From: Acidobacteriota bacterium
GTDB taxonomy: Bacteria; Acidobacteriota; Vicinamibacteria; Vicinamibacterales; CAVVIG01
NCBI GenBank assembly: GCA_043743165.1
Contig: JAYTXA010000066.1
Location: 4,847 to 68,846 of the forward strand
DNA length: 64,000 nucleotides
Direction of reading: 5' to 3'
This document shows, piece by piece, positions 1 to 7,179 of the stretch (its first letter is position 1; each line of letters begins with the position of its first letter). Below the pieces are notes generated by a model, which had not been told where the DNA came from, did not search any database, and saw nothing but the letters and a program-made list of their open reading frames with translations. Both the position numbers and the translations under genes were made by a program.

Positions 1-688
1 TGTGCTCGGCAATCTTGCGACGCATCACCGACAGCGCCACCGTCCGCCCGGCGAGCCCGGCCCCGGTGGCCGGGGTGTGACCGGATGATGGCGTCGGCGC
101 GACCGCGGCCGGAGCGGGCGCCGCTGCGCCCCCCTTCTCGATGTAGGTGATGATGTCGCTCTTGGTGACGCGGCCGCTGATGCCGGTGCCCTGAAGCTGT
201 GCGATATCGACCGAGTGTTCCTTGGCGATGCGCCGCACCAGCGGCGACGATTTCTGGCGGAGCCGCTCTTCCGTCGTGCTCTCGACGGGAATGACGCCCG
301 CGACGGGCGTGTCAACGACCGGCTCGGCCACCGCGGCCGCGGGCGCGGGAGCTGTCTTCGTGGACGGTGCGCCGTCGCCCTGCGCCTTCGGGGCCGGGGG
401 CGGTACGGCGTGCGCCTGAGCCGCAGGCGTGGCGAGGTCCGGCAGCGTGCCGGCCGCTGCGATGATGGCCACGACGGAGTTGACGGGAACCGTCTCGCCC
501 TCGTGAGCGAAGATCGTTGTCAACACGCCGGCCGCGGGCGAGGGAATCTCCGCGTCGACCTTGTCCGTCGAGATCTCGAAGAGGGGTTCGTCGCGATCGA
601 CGCTGTCCCCGACCTTCTTTATCCAGCGGACGATCGTCCCCTCGGCGATCGACTCGCCCATCTGCGGCATCAATACGTCGCTGGCCAT
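1..688 (-). CDS. 2-oxoacid dehydrogenase E2 (dihydrolipoamide acyltransferase), partial (3' end off-window)
   Basis: Own translation from ATG (complement of 686-688): MASDVLMPQMGESIAEGTIVRWIKKVGDSV..EISTDKVDAEIPSP (lipoyl domain). Then an Ala/Pro linker, then SPLVRRIAKEHSVDIAQLQGTGISGRVTKSDI (E3-binding domain) and the start of the catalytic domain. Absent from the ORF track because the stop lies outside the window. Confidence 0.85.
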   Translation of the reverse strand, partial: MASDVLMPQMGESIAEGTIVRWIKKVGDSVDRDEPLFEISTDKVDAEIPSPAAGVLTTIFAHEGETVPVNSVVAIIAAAGTLPDLATPAAQAHAVPPPAPKAQGDGAPSTKTAPAPAAAVAEPVVDTPVAGVIPVESTTEERLRQKSSPLVRRIAKEHSVDIAQLQGTGISGRVTKSDIITYIEKGGAAAPAPAAVAPTPSSGHTPATGAGLAGRTVALSVMRRKIAEH

Positions 689-701
689 AATCTGACTTTC
701 C

Positions 702-2129
702 CTACATGTGGATCGCGGCGCCGTGCGTGGCGTGCGCGGCCTCGCCGACGGCTTCGGCCATCGTCGGGTGCGCGTGAATGGTTCGGATCAGCTCCTCGAC
801 CGTCGACTCGAGCCGCAGCGCAAGCGTCGCTTCGGCCACGAGTTCGGTGGAGCGCGGACCGATCATGTGCACGCCGAGGATTTCGTCGTACTTCTTGTCG
901 GCCACGATCTTCACAAAGCCTTCTGTCTCGCCCGCCATCTTCGCGCGGCCGAGCACGCCGAACGGGAAGGTGCCGACGCTGACGTCGTACCCCTTCTCGA
1001 TCGCTGCCTTCTCGGTGAGGCCAACGCTGCCGATCTCCGGGTCGCAGTAGGTGCAGCCCGGGACGTGCCCGTAGTTGAGCGGGTGGACGTCGTGTCCGGC
1101 GATGCGCTCGGCCACGAGGATACCTTCGGTCGACGACACGTGCGCCAGTTGCGGGTGCGGGCCGTTACCGAGCGTGATGACGTCGCCGATGGCGGAGATG
1201 CCCGGCACGTTCGTGCGGTACATCGCGTCCACCTTGATGTAGCCGCGCTCCATCTCGACGCCGAGCTGCTCGATGTCGAGGCCGGCGGTCACCGGCCCGC
1301 GGCCCGTCGCCACCAGCAGGTACTCGGCGGTGATGTCCTTCGTCGTGCCGTCCGGCAACGCCGCCTGGAGCACGATGCCGTCGGCGGTGGCCTTCGCACT
1401 CGTCACCTTCGTGCCCGTGAGCACGGTGATGCCCTTCTTCCGAAACGACTTCTGGAGTTCAGCCGACACCGCTTCGTCCTCGACCGGCACCAGCCGCGGC
1501 AGCAGTTCGATGATGGTGACATCGGAGCCGAAGCTCTTGAAGATCGACGCGAACTCGACGCCGACCGCGCCGCTGCCCATGATGGCGATCGACTTCGGCA
1601 CCGCCTTCATGTGGATGGCCTGGTCGCTGGTGATGATCCGCTGGTGATCGATCGTGATGCCGGGCACGCTGCGCGGCGACGACCCGGTCGCGACGATGAT
1701 CTCGATCTTCGCCTTGAGGGTCTGCACGTCCCCGTCGATGATCTCGACGACGCCGTTGCCGGCCAGTCGCGCGGTCCCCTTGATCCAGTCGATCTTGTTC
1801 TTCTTGAAGAGGAACTCGACGCCCTTGGTCAGGCTGGTGATGATCTTGTCCTTGCGGGCATGCACCTGCTTCATGTCGATGGAGATTGGGACTCCCGAGC
1901 CGTCGCCGATCGTCACGCCCCACTCCTTGGCGCCCTGCACAATCTTCAGCGCGTGCGCGTGCTCGAGCAGCGCCTTGGTGGGAATACAGCCCCAGATGAG
2001 GCAGGTGCCGCCAAGCGACTTCTGCTTCTCGACACAGGCCACTTTGAGCCCGAGCTGAGCGGCGCGGATCGCAGCCACATACCCGCCGGTGCCGGCTCCA
2101 ATCACGATGACGTCGTATTCGTTGGTCAT
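702..2129 (-). CDS. lpdA: dihydrolipoyl dehydrogenase (E3)
   Basis: 475 aa. FAD fold VIVIGAGTGGY, redox disulfide GGTCLIWGCIPTK, and full-length similarity to the Lpd family. Confidence 0.95.
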   Translation of the reverse strand: MTNEYDVIVIGAGTGGYVAAIRAAQLGLKVACVEKQKSLGGTCLIWGCIPTKALLEHAHALKIVQGAKEWGVTIGDGSGVPISIDMKQVHARKDKIITSLTKGVEFLFKKNKIDWIKGTARLAGNGVVEIIDGDVQTLKAKIEIIVATGSSPRSVPGITIDHQRIITSDQAIHMKAVPKSIAIMGSGAVGVEFASIFKSFGSDVTIIELLPRLVPVEDEAVSAELQKSFRKKGITVLTGTKVTSAKATADGIVLQAALPDGTTKDITAEYLLVATGRGPVTAGLDIEQLGVEMERGYIKVDAMYRTNVPGISAIGDVITLGNGPHPQLAHVSSTEGILVAERIAGHDVHPLNYGHVPGCTYCDPEIGSVGLTEKAAIEKGYDVSVGTFPFGVLGRAKMAGETEGFVKIVADKKYDEILGVHMIGPRSTELVAEATLALRLESTVEELIRTIHAHPTMAEAVGEAAHATHGAAIHM

Positions 2130-2392
2130 TTCTTCAGGGAGGACAGAGGAACGAACGTTGTTGTGGCTGCCGGCCGCGGGGCTGCGGCCTCGGCGTCGGG
2201 CTCAGGCTGTTTCACGCCAGCGCCGGCTTCGAGGCGATTGAGGCGCACCTTCAACTGCCCGATTTCGTACCGGACTTCCCAGTACGACTCGGCCAGCCGC
2301 TCGGCGCGCTTGCTGAGGCTGCGCGAGCGGAAAAGGGCCGAGATGGCCAGCACTATGGCGACACTTGCGAGAACGAGGGAAAAGGGCAACAA
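2126..2392 (-). CDS. small membrane-anchored hypothetical protein
   Basis: 88 aa with an N-terminal hydrophobic helix (FSLVLASVAIVLAISALF) followed by a coiled-coil-like segment. Its stop overlaps the lpdA start by 4 nt. Confidence 0.5.
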   Translation of the reverse strand: MLPFSLVLASVAIVLAISALFRSRSLSKRAERLAESYWEVRYEIGQLKVRLNRLEAGAGVKQPEPDAEAAAPRPAATTTFVPLSSLKK

Positions 2393-2441
2393 AACAGGTA
2401 CGTTAACGAACGGCTTGCAACAGTGTCAACCGGCTGCGACA

Positions 2442-3854
2442 ATGACGGCGCTCCCACCCAAGTCGATGAGCCTGAAGCCTAAGACCGTTCTCATCGTCGA
2501 TAGCGACGAGAGCATGCGTGACAGCTTCGCCTCCGCGCTGAAGCGCGAGTTCCGTGTGCTTCGCGTCGGAACGGGCGAAGCCGCCCTCTCGATGCTGACC
2601 AAGGACGAGGTCGATCTCGTGCTGGTCGACGCCCGTCTCCCCGGCATCAGTGGCTTCGAGCTGCTCCAGATCGTCCGGGAGAACTTCCCGCTCATCGAGG
2701 TGATTGTCGCCTCGACCGCCGCCGACGTCGAGACCGCCGTGCAGGCCATGAAGCACGGGGCGTATCACTACATCCCGAACGACGTGCCGCAGGAGCACTT
2801 GCGGGCGCTGCTGCGCCACGCGGGCGAACAGCAGGACCTCTGCCGGCAGGTGCTGGCGCTGTCCGCGCAAGTGGCCGACGAGTCCGGCCGCGAGTTCATC
2901 GTCGGTCCCAGCCGCCTGACCCGCGACGTGATCGACGTCGTGCACCGGGTGGCCAAACTGCCGGCCACCGTCCTGATTCTCGGCGAGAGCGGCACGGGCA
3001 AGGAGCTGCTGGCCCGCCTCATTCACCGCGACAGCGAAAATCCCGAGGCGCCGTTCATCGCGGTCAACCTCTCAGCCATTCCCAGGGAACTGCTCGAGAG
3101 CACCCTCTTCGGCCACGAGAAGGGGGCGTTCACCGGGGCTATCCGCCAGCAACTGGGCAAGTTCGAGCTCGCCGCGGGCGGCACGTTGTTCCTCGACGAG
3201 ATCGGCGACCTGCATCTCGACCTCCAGGCGAAGCTGCTGCGCGCCATCCAAGAGGACGAGATCGAGCGCGTCGGCGGACAGCAGCCGATCAAGACCTCGT
3301 TCCGACTGATTGCGGCAACCAACGTCGACCTCGAGAAGGCCGTGAAGGAAAGCAAGTTCAGGGAGGACCTCTACTACCGGATCAACGTCATTCCCATCAA
3401 GATGCCGCCGCTGCGGGAGCGCTCGGAAGACATTCCGCAATTGGCCGAGTTCTTCCTGCGCCGCTACAACACCCGCTTCCGCAAACGCATCATCGGCATC
3501 ACCGAGTCGACGATGGCCATGCTGAAGAAGTACTGGTGGCCCGGCAATATCCGCGAACTCGAGAACCTGATCGAGCGCATCGTCGCGATGAACGACAAGG
3601 AATACATCGGCGAGGAAGATCTGCCGCTGGAGTTCCACTTCGCGCAGCTCGAGCCGCGAGGTCAACGCAGCGACAGGCTGTTCGAAGATGCCACGAACAC
3701 CTTCGAACGCAACTTCATCCTGCGAGCCCTCGAGAAGTGCGGCTGGAACGTCACCGCCACCTCCGACTACCTTGGCGTACCGCTGAGCACGCTCAAGTAC
3801 AAGATGGACAAGCTCGAGGTTCGTCAGCTCGCCCGTCGCATTCGCGGCGTCTGA
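2442..3854 (+). CDS. sigma-54-dependent response regulator (NtrC/Fis family)
   Basis: Receiver domain (VLIVDSD..DLVLVDARLPG), AAA+ domain (GESGTGKE, ESTLFGHEKGAFTGA, i.e. the GAFTGA loop), and a C-terminal Fis-type HTH. The real start is inside track ORF 708..3854; ATG 2442 or ATG 2466. Confidence 0.9.
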   Translation: MTALPPKSMSLKPKTVLIVDSDESMRDSFASALKREFRVLRVGTGEAALSMLTKDEVDLVLVDARLPGISGFELLQIVRENFPLIEVIVASTAADVETAVQAMKHGAYHYIPNDVPQEHLRALLRHAGEQQDLCRQVLALSAQVADESGREFIVGPSRLTRDVIDVVHRVAKLPATVLILGESGTGKELLARLIHRDSENPEAPFIAVNLSAIPRELLESTLFGHEKGAFTGAIRQQLGKFELAAGGTLFLDEIGDLHLDLQAKLLRAIQEDEIERVGGQQPIKTSFRLIAATNVDLEKAVKESKFREDLYYRINVIPIKMPPLRERSEDIPQLAEFFLRRYNTRFRKRIIGITESTMAMLKKYWWPGNIRELENLIERIVAMNDKEYIGEEDLPLEFHFAQLEPRGQRSDRLFEDATNTFERNFILRALEKCGWNVTATSDYLGVPLSTLKYKMDKLEVRQLARRIRGV

Positions 3855-4090
3855 GCCGTTCGCGCCGGCAATGACGGGCAGGTTCCCAGCCCCGCAGGCC
3901 AAGTCCTTGGCCTGATCGCAAACCATCCGGATTTGCGTACGGAATAGGCGTCCGGACCGCGTTGCGGCACCAGGCGGCCCACCGGTTGCCCCGTCCGGCG
4001 CTGCGGCACCGCGCGAAGAGGAGGCCGGCAGTGGATGCCAACCCTTTGTTTACCAATCGCTTCCAGCGTTTGCCGAGCTCGGCTGGTGCG

Positions 4091-4106
4091 CGGAATACCG
4101 GTTGCA
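4091..4106 (+). promoter_or_regulatory. candidate sigma-54 (-24/-12) promoter upstream of the radical SAM operon
   Basis: CGGAATACCGGTTGCA: GG(4092-93)-N10-GC(4104-05) spacing with a good -12 TTGCA. The -24 half is weak (CGGAAT versus TGGCAC). It lies about 120 nt upstream of ATG 4227 and next to a sigma-54 activator gene. Confidence 0.3.
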
Positions 4107-4226
4107 CTGCACGGTAGGTGCGGAGGGCTGTGCACGGCCGTCCCTATCAACTGTCAAGCCAGCGGTTCGTTCAGAACGCTCTGCGCGTTTTCTGTGTGTG
4201 GTCTGCCCCCGTGATCCCGAGGACGA

Positions 4227-5600
4227 ATGGCGCCTTCGCTCTTCAATTTGCGCGTCCCGTTGCCGGACAATCGGGTGTTTCTCTGGAACACCTTGACTGA
4301 TGCCGAGGCGATCGTTGACGCCGATGTCGATGCCCTGCTCCAGGCGCCTCCGGGTTCTCTCGCGCCGCTCGATGCGGATACCCGTGAGGCACTGCTCACG
4401 CTGACCGAGCACGGGTTCATCACGGACGGACGCCACGCCGATCGCGTCGCCCTGGCGAACCACCTCCACGCCGTCACGCACGACCGCTCGGAACTGCACA
4501 TCTCCATCCTCACGACGCTGGCCTGCAATTTCGGTTGTGGTTACTGCTATCAGGGCGACCGGACGAGCCACGGCCACGCCGCCTCGATGTCGCTCGACAC
4601 GGCCGCACACGTGGCCCGCTGGGTGGAAGCACAGCTCGACGAGGTGCAACCCGAGCGGCTGCTGCTGTCGTTCCTCGGGGGCGAGCCGCTCCTGAACACC
4701 GCCGCCATTCGCGTCATCGCGTCGCACCTGGCGGCTGCCACCAACGCCCGCGGCGTTCGCCAGGTCGTCACCCTGGTGACCAACGGACTGCTGCTCACTG
4801 AAGCGACGGTCCAGGAGCTGCTGCCGTTCGGCCTCGCCGGCGTGAAGGTCACGCTCGATGGTGCCCGCGAGGCGCACGACCGCTCGCGTCCACTGCGCGG
4901 CGGCCAGCCGACGTTCGACCGCATCATCGACAACCTTCGACGTATCGCCCCGCACGTGCCGATCGCCATCGGCGGCAACATCGACCCCGACGATGCCGCG
5001 TCGTTCACCGAACTGCTGGCGTTCCTGAAGGCACAGCCGTTCGCGGACCGGGTGACCCAGGTGAACGTCAAGCCAGTCGTACGCAGCAGCCAGCCCGGCG
5101 CGCTGCGCCTCGGCAACGGCGCCGTCATTCCGCTGCGGCCCGTGGCCGCCGATACGCCGCGTGCGGCGCGGACCGCCGAGAAGGATGACCCCTTCATCAG
5201 GCTCCGTGCCGAGGCGCGGTCGTTCGGCTTCACCACCGCCGACGCCACGCGTCAGGGGCCGTGCCATGTGCACATGGCGCATGCGCACACGATCGGCCCT
5301 GACGGCGCCCGCTATGCCTGCCCTGGTTTCACTGGCGATCGGGCGCTGCCGGTCGGCCACATCAGCGGCCACAGCACGGCCGCCATGCAGCGCGGCCGAC
5401 TCGCCTTCGAGCAGTTGCGGCCCTGGGACGCCTGCGGCGACTGTTCGTTCATTCCCGTGTGCGCCGGCGGATGCGTCGCGTCTTCCTACAGGGAGAGCGG
5501 CGACATCAATCGTCCAGCGTGCCACAAGCGCGGCCTCGAGGCCGCCGTTGTCGAACGCGCGCAGCTGGCGGCGCTCGCCTGCGCAGGAGTTCCCGCATGA
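4227..5600 (+). CDS. radical SAM/SPASM-domain peptide-modifying enzyme with N-terminal RRE-like extension
   Basis: 457 aa. CNFGCGYC (CxxxCxxC) at residues 100-107, and C-terminal ACGDCSFIPVCAGGC (Cx2Cx5Cx3C SPASM signature) plus further Cys. The roughly 90-aa pre-cluster extension contains a winged-helix-like REALLTLTEHGFI. GAGGA RBS lies before the ATG. Confidence 0.85.
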   Translation: MAPSLFNLRVPLPDNRVFLWNTLTDAEAIVDADVDALLQAPPGSLAPLDADTREALLTLTEHGFITDGRHADRVALANHLHAVTHDRSELHISILTTLACNFGCGYCYQGDRTSHGHAASMSLDTAAHVARWVEAQLDEVQPERLLLSFLGGEPLLNTAAIRVIASHLAAATNARGVRQVVTLVTNGLLLTEATVQELLPFGLAGVKVTLDGAREAHDRSRPLRGGQPTFDRIIDNLRRIAPHVPIAIGGNIDPDDAASFTELLAFLKAQPFADRVTQVNVKPVVRSSQPGALRLGNGAVIPLRPVAADTPRAARTAEKDDPFIRLRAEARSFGFTTADATRQGPCHVHMAHAHTIGPDGARYACPGFTGDRALPVGHISGHSTAAMQRGRLAFEQLRPWDACGDCSFIPVCAGGCVASSYRESGDINRPACHKRGLEAAVVERAQLAALACAGVPA

Positions 5601-5695
5601 CGAAGATCATCATCATCAAGAAGGCGACGACGCACGCAAAGCCGCAGGGCATCTGTCCGATCTACGTCGACGACTTCCCGGCCAGCCGGAAGTAG
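5597..5695 (+). CDS. 32-aa small ORF, candidate radical-SAM substrate/precursor peptide
   Basis: MTKIIIIKKATTHAKPQGICPIYVDDFPASRK. Its ATG overlaps the rSAM stop (ATGA at 5597-5600). AGGAG Shine-Dalgarno at 5585-5589, 7 nt upstream. It is the in-frame tail of track ORF 5459..5695. Confidence 0.5.
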   Translation: MTKIIIIKKATTHAKPQGICPIYVDDFPASRK

Positions 5696-5705
5696 CCGCA
5701 CCAGC

Positions 5706-7178
5706 ATGGCCGGCGTGGGCACACCCCTGAGCAGACGCATGGCTGGCGCAGCCATCATCGTGCTCGCGATCTGCGCGCAGGCCTGTAGCGCGCCGCCGGT
5801 GGTGGCGATGCCCCCCCGTATCCTGCGCATCGGCTTCGGGCTGCCGTCCGGCGACGCCGGCACCAGCGGCGTGCGCCAGGCCGCGCGCATTCTCTCGGTC
5901 GAGGCATTGATCTCGTTCTCGCGCAGCGGGCGGCCGCAGCCCTGGCTCGCCGACCGGTGGGACGTCACCGCGGACGGCCGCACGCTCACGATTCATCTGA
6001 AGTCCGGCATCCGCTTCCACGACGGCCGGGCACTCGACTCCGCCACGGTGCGCGACGCCCTGCAGACCCAGTTGCCCTCGTACATGGGGCCGGCATTCGG
6101 CGACATCAGCGCCATTACCGTGGCGTCGCCGCAAAGCCTGACCATCCAAATGAGGCGCCGCTCGAACTTCGTGCTCGAATCGCTCGATGCCGGTCTCACC
6201 TCGCCCGATTCCCCTGACGCCGGAACGGGCCCGTTCCGATTAGCCGAGCGAGGCAGCAACGACATCCTCGCGCTCGACGCCTATCGCGGCTATCGCGACG
6301 GCAGTCCGGCCATTCCCCGCGTCGAGTTCCACGCCTATCCGTCGGAGCGGGCGGCCTGGGCCGACATGCTGCGCGGCGACGTCGACATGCTCTACGAGGT
6401 GAACGCGGAGGCGCTCCAGTCGCTCGAGCCGTCGCCGCACGTGGCGGTCTACTCGCATCCGCGCAACTACGCCTACGTGCTGTTGATGAACGTGCTGCGG
6501 CCGCAGTTGCGCGACGGGCGGGTGCGGCGCCAGTTGAACGACGCCATCGACCGGCGCCTGCTCGTCCAGGAGGCGATGAACGGCCATGGGCGCCCCATCG
6601 ATTCGCCCATCCCCCCGGACCATTGGGCGGCCGAGCCGGACGACCACACCTCACGCTTCAGCTACACGCCGACGCCGCTCGGCGGCGCGCCACGTTCACT
6701 GACGTGCATCTTCGCCGACGCGTCGCTCGAGCGCATGGCCATGGCGGTGCAGCGTCAACTGCGCCAGATCGGGGTCGAGCTCACGCTCGAGCGCATTCCA
6801 ATCGACCAGCTCTATGCGCGTGCGACGGCCGGACATTTCGACATGCTGCTGGCCGACATGATCGCCGGGCCCACCATGGCGCGTCAGCAATGGTTCTTCG
6901 GCAGCGGCGCGCAGTTCAACTGGGGGCACTACAGCAACCCCGCAGTCGATCGCGCCTTCGACGCGATGCGCGGCGCCGCCTCGGACCCGGAGTACCGGCG
7001 CGGCGTGGCCGCCTACGCACGCGCCATTGTCGACGACCCGCCGGCGATCTTCCTCGCCTGGAGCGAGCGGACGCGCGCGGTCAGTACCCGCTACGCGGTG
7101 CGGGCGGACGCCGGACGCGACGTGCTCAGCACCCTGCGTGAGTGGCGCGAAGCCGACGCCGAGCTCGGGGCGCACTGA
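5706..7178 (+). CDS. ABC-type substrate-binding protein, family 5 (peptide/nickel-type), lipoprotein-like
   Basis: 490 aa. Signal/lipobox-like AAIIVLAICAQAC|S, and SBP_bac_5-like blocks (DRWDVTADGRTLTIHLKSGIRFHDGRALD). No permease or ATPase genes are adjacent. Confidence 0.8.
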   Translation: MAGVGTPLSRRMAGAAIIVLAICAQACSAPPVVAMPPRILRIGFGLPSGDAGTSGVRQAARILSVEALISFSRSGRPQPWLADRWDVTADGRTLTIHLKSGIRFHDGRALDSATVRDALQTQLPSYMGPAFGDISAITVASPQSLTIQMRRRSNFVLESLDAGLTSPDSPDAGTGPFRLAERGSNDILALDAYRGYRDGSPAIPRVEFHAYPSERAAWADMLRGDVDMLYEVNAEALQSLEPSPHVAVYSHPRNYAYVLLMNVLRPQLRDGRVRRQLNDAIDRRLLVQEAMNGHGRPIDSPIPPDHWAAEPDDHTSRFSYTPTPLGGAPRSLTCIFADASLERMAMAVQRQLRQIGVELTLERIPIDQLYARATAGHFDMLLADMIAGPTMARQQWFFGSGAQFNWGHYSNPAVDRAFDAMRGAASDPEYRRGVAAYARAIVDDPPAIFLAWSERTRAVSTRYAVRADAGRDVLSTLREWREADAELGAH

Positions 7179-7179
7179 C

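Noticed and set aside
708-2441. 5' two-thirds of the 1048-aa track ORF 708..3854 (+).
   Set aside because: It runs antisense to the clear lpdA gene and has Arg/Gly/His-rich nonsense composition. Only the part from ATG 2442 is the NtrC-like regulator. Long open frames of this kind are expected in GC-rich DNA.
3966-3989. GGCAC ... TTGC in the spacer, considered as a sigma-54 promoter.
   Set aside because: The GG-to-GC distance is 22 nt instead of 12, so the geometry is wrong. The GGCAC is more likely part of the TGCGGCACC direct repeats.
4102-4296. Cys-rich 64-aa ORF (MHCTVGAEGCARPS..CVVCPRD..) upstream of and overlapping the rSAM start, considered as an alternative precursor peptide.
   Set aside because: It has no Shine-Dalgarno, and it overlaps the rSAM start codon and RBS in another frame. 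Its composition is typical of out-of-frame GC-rich sequence. The downstream 32-aa ORF has much better start signals.
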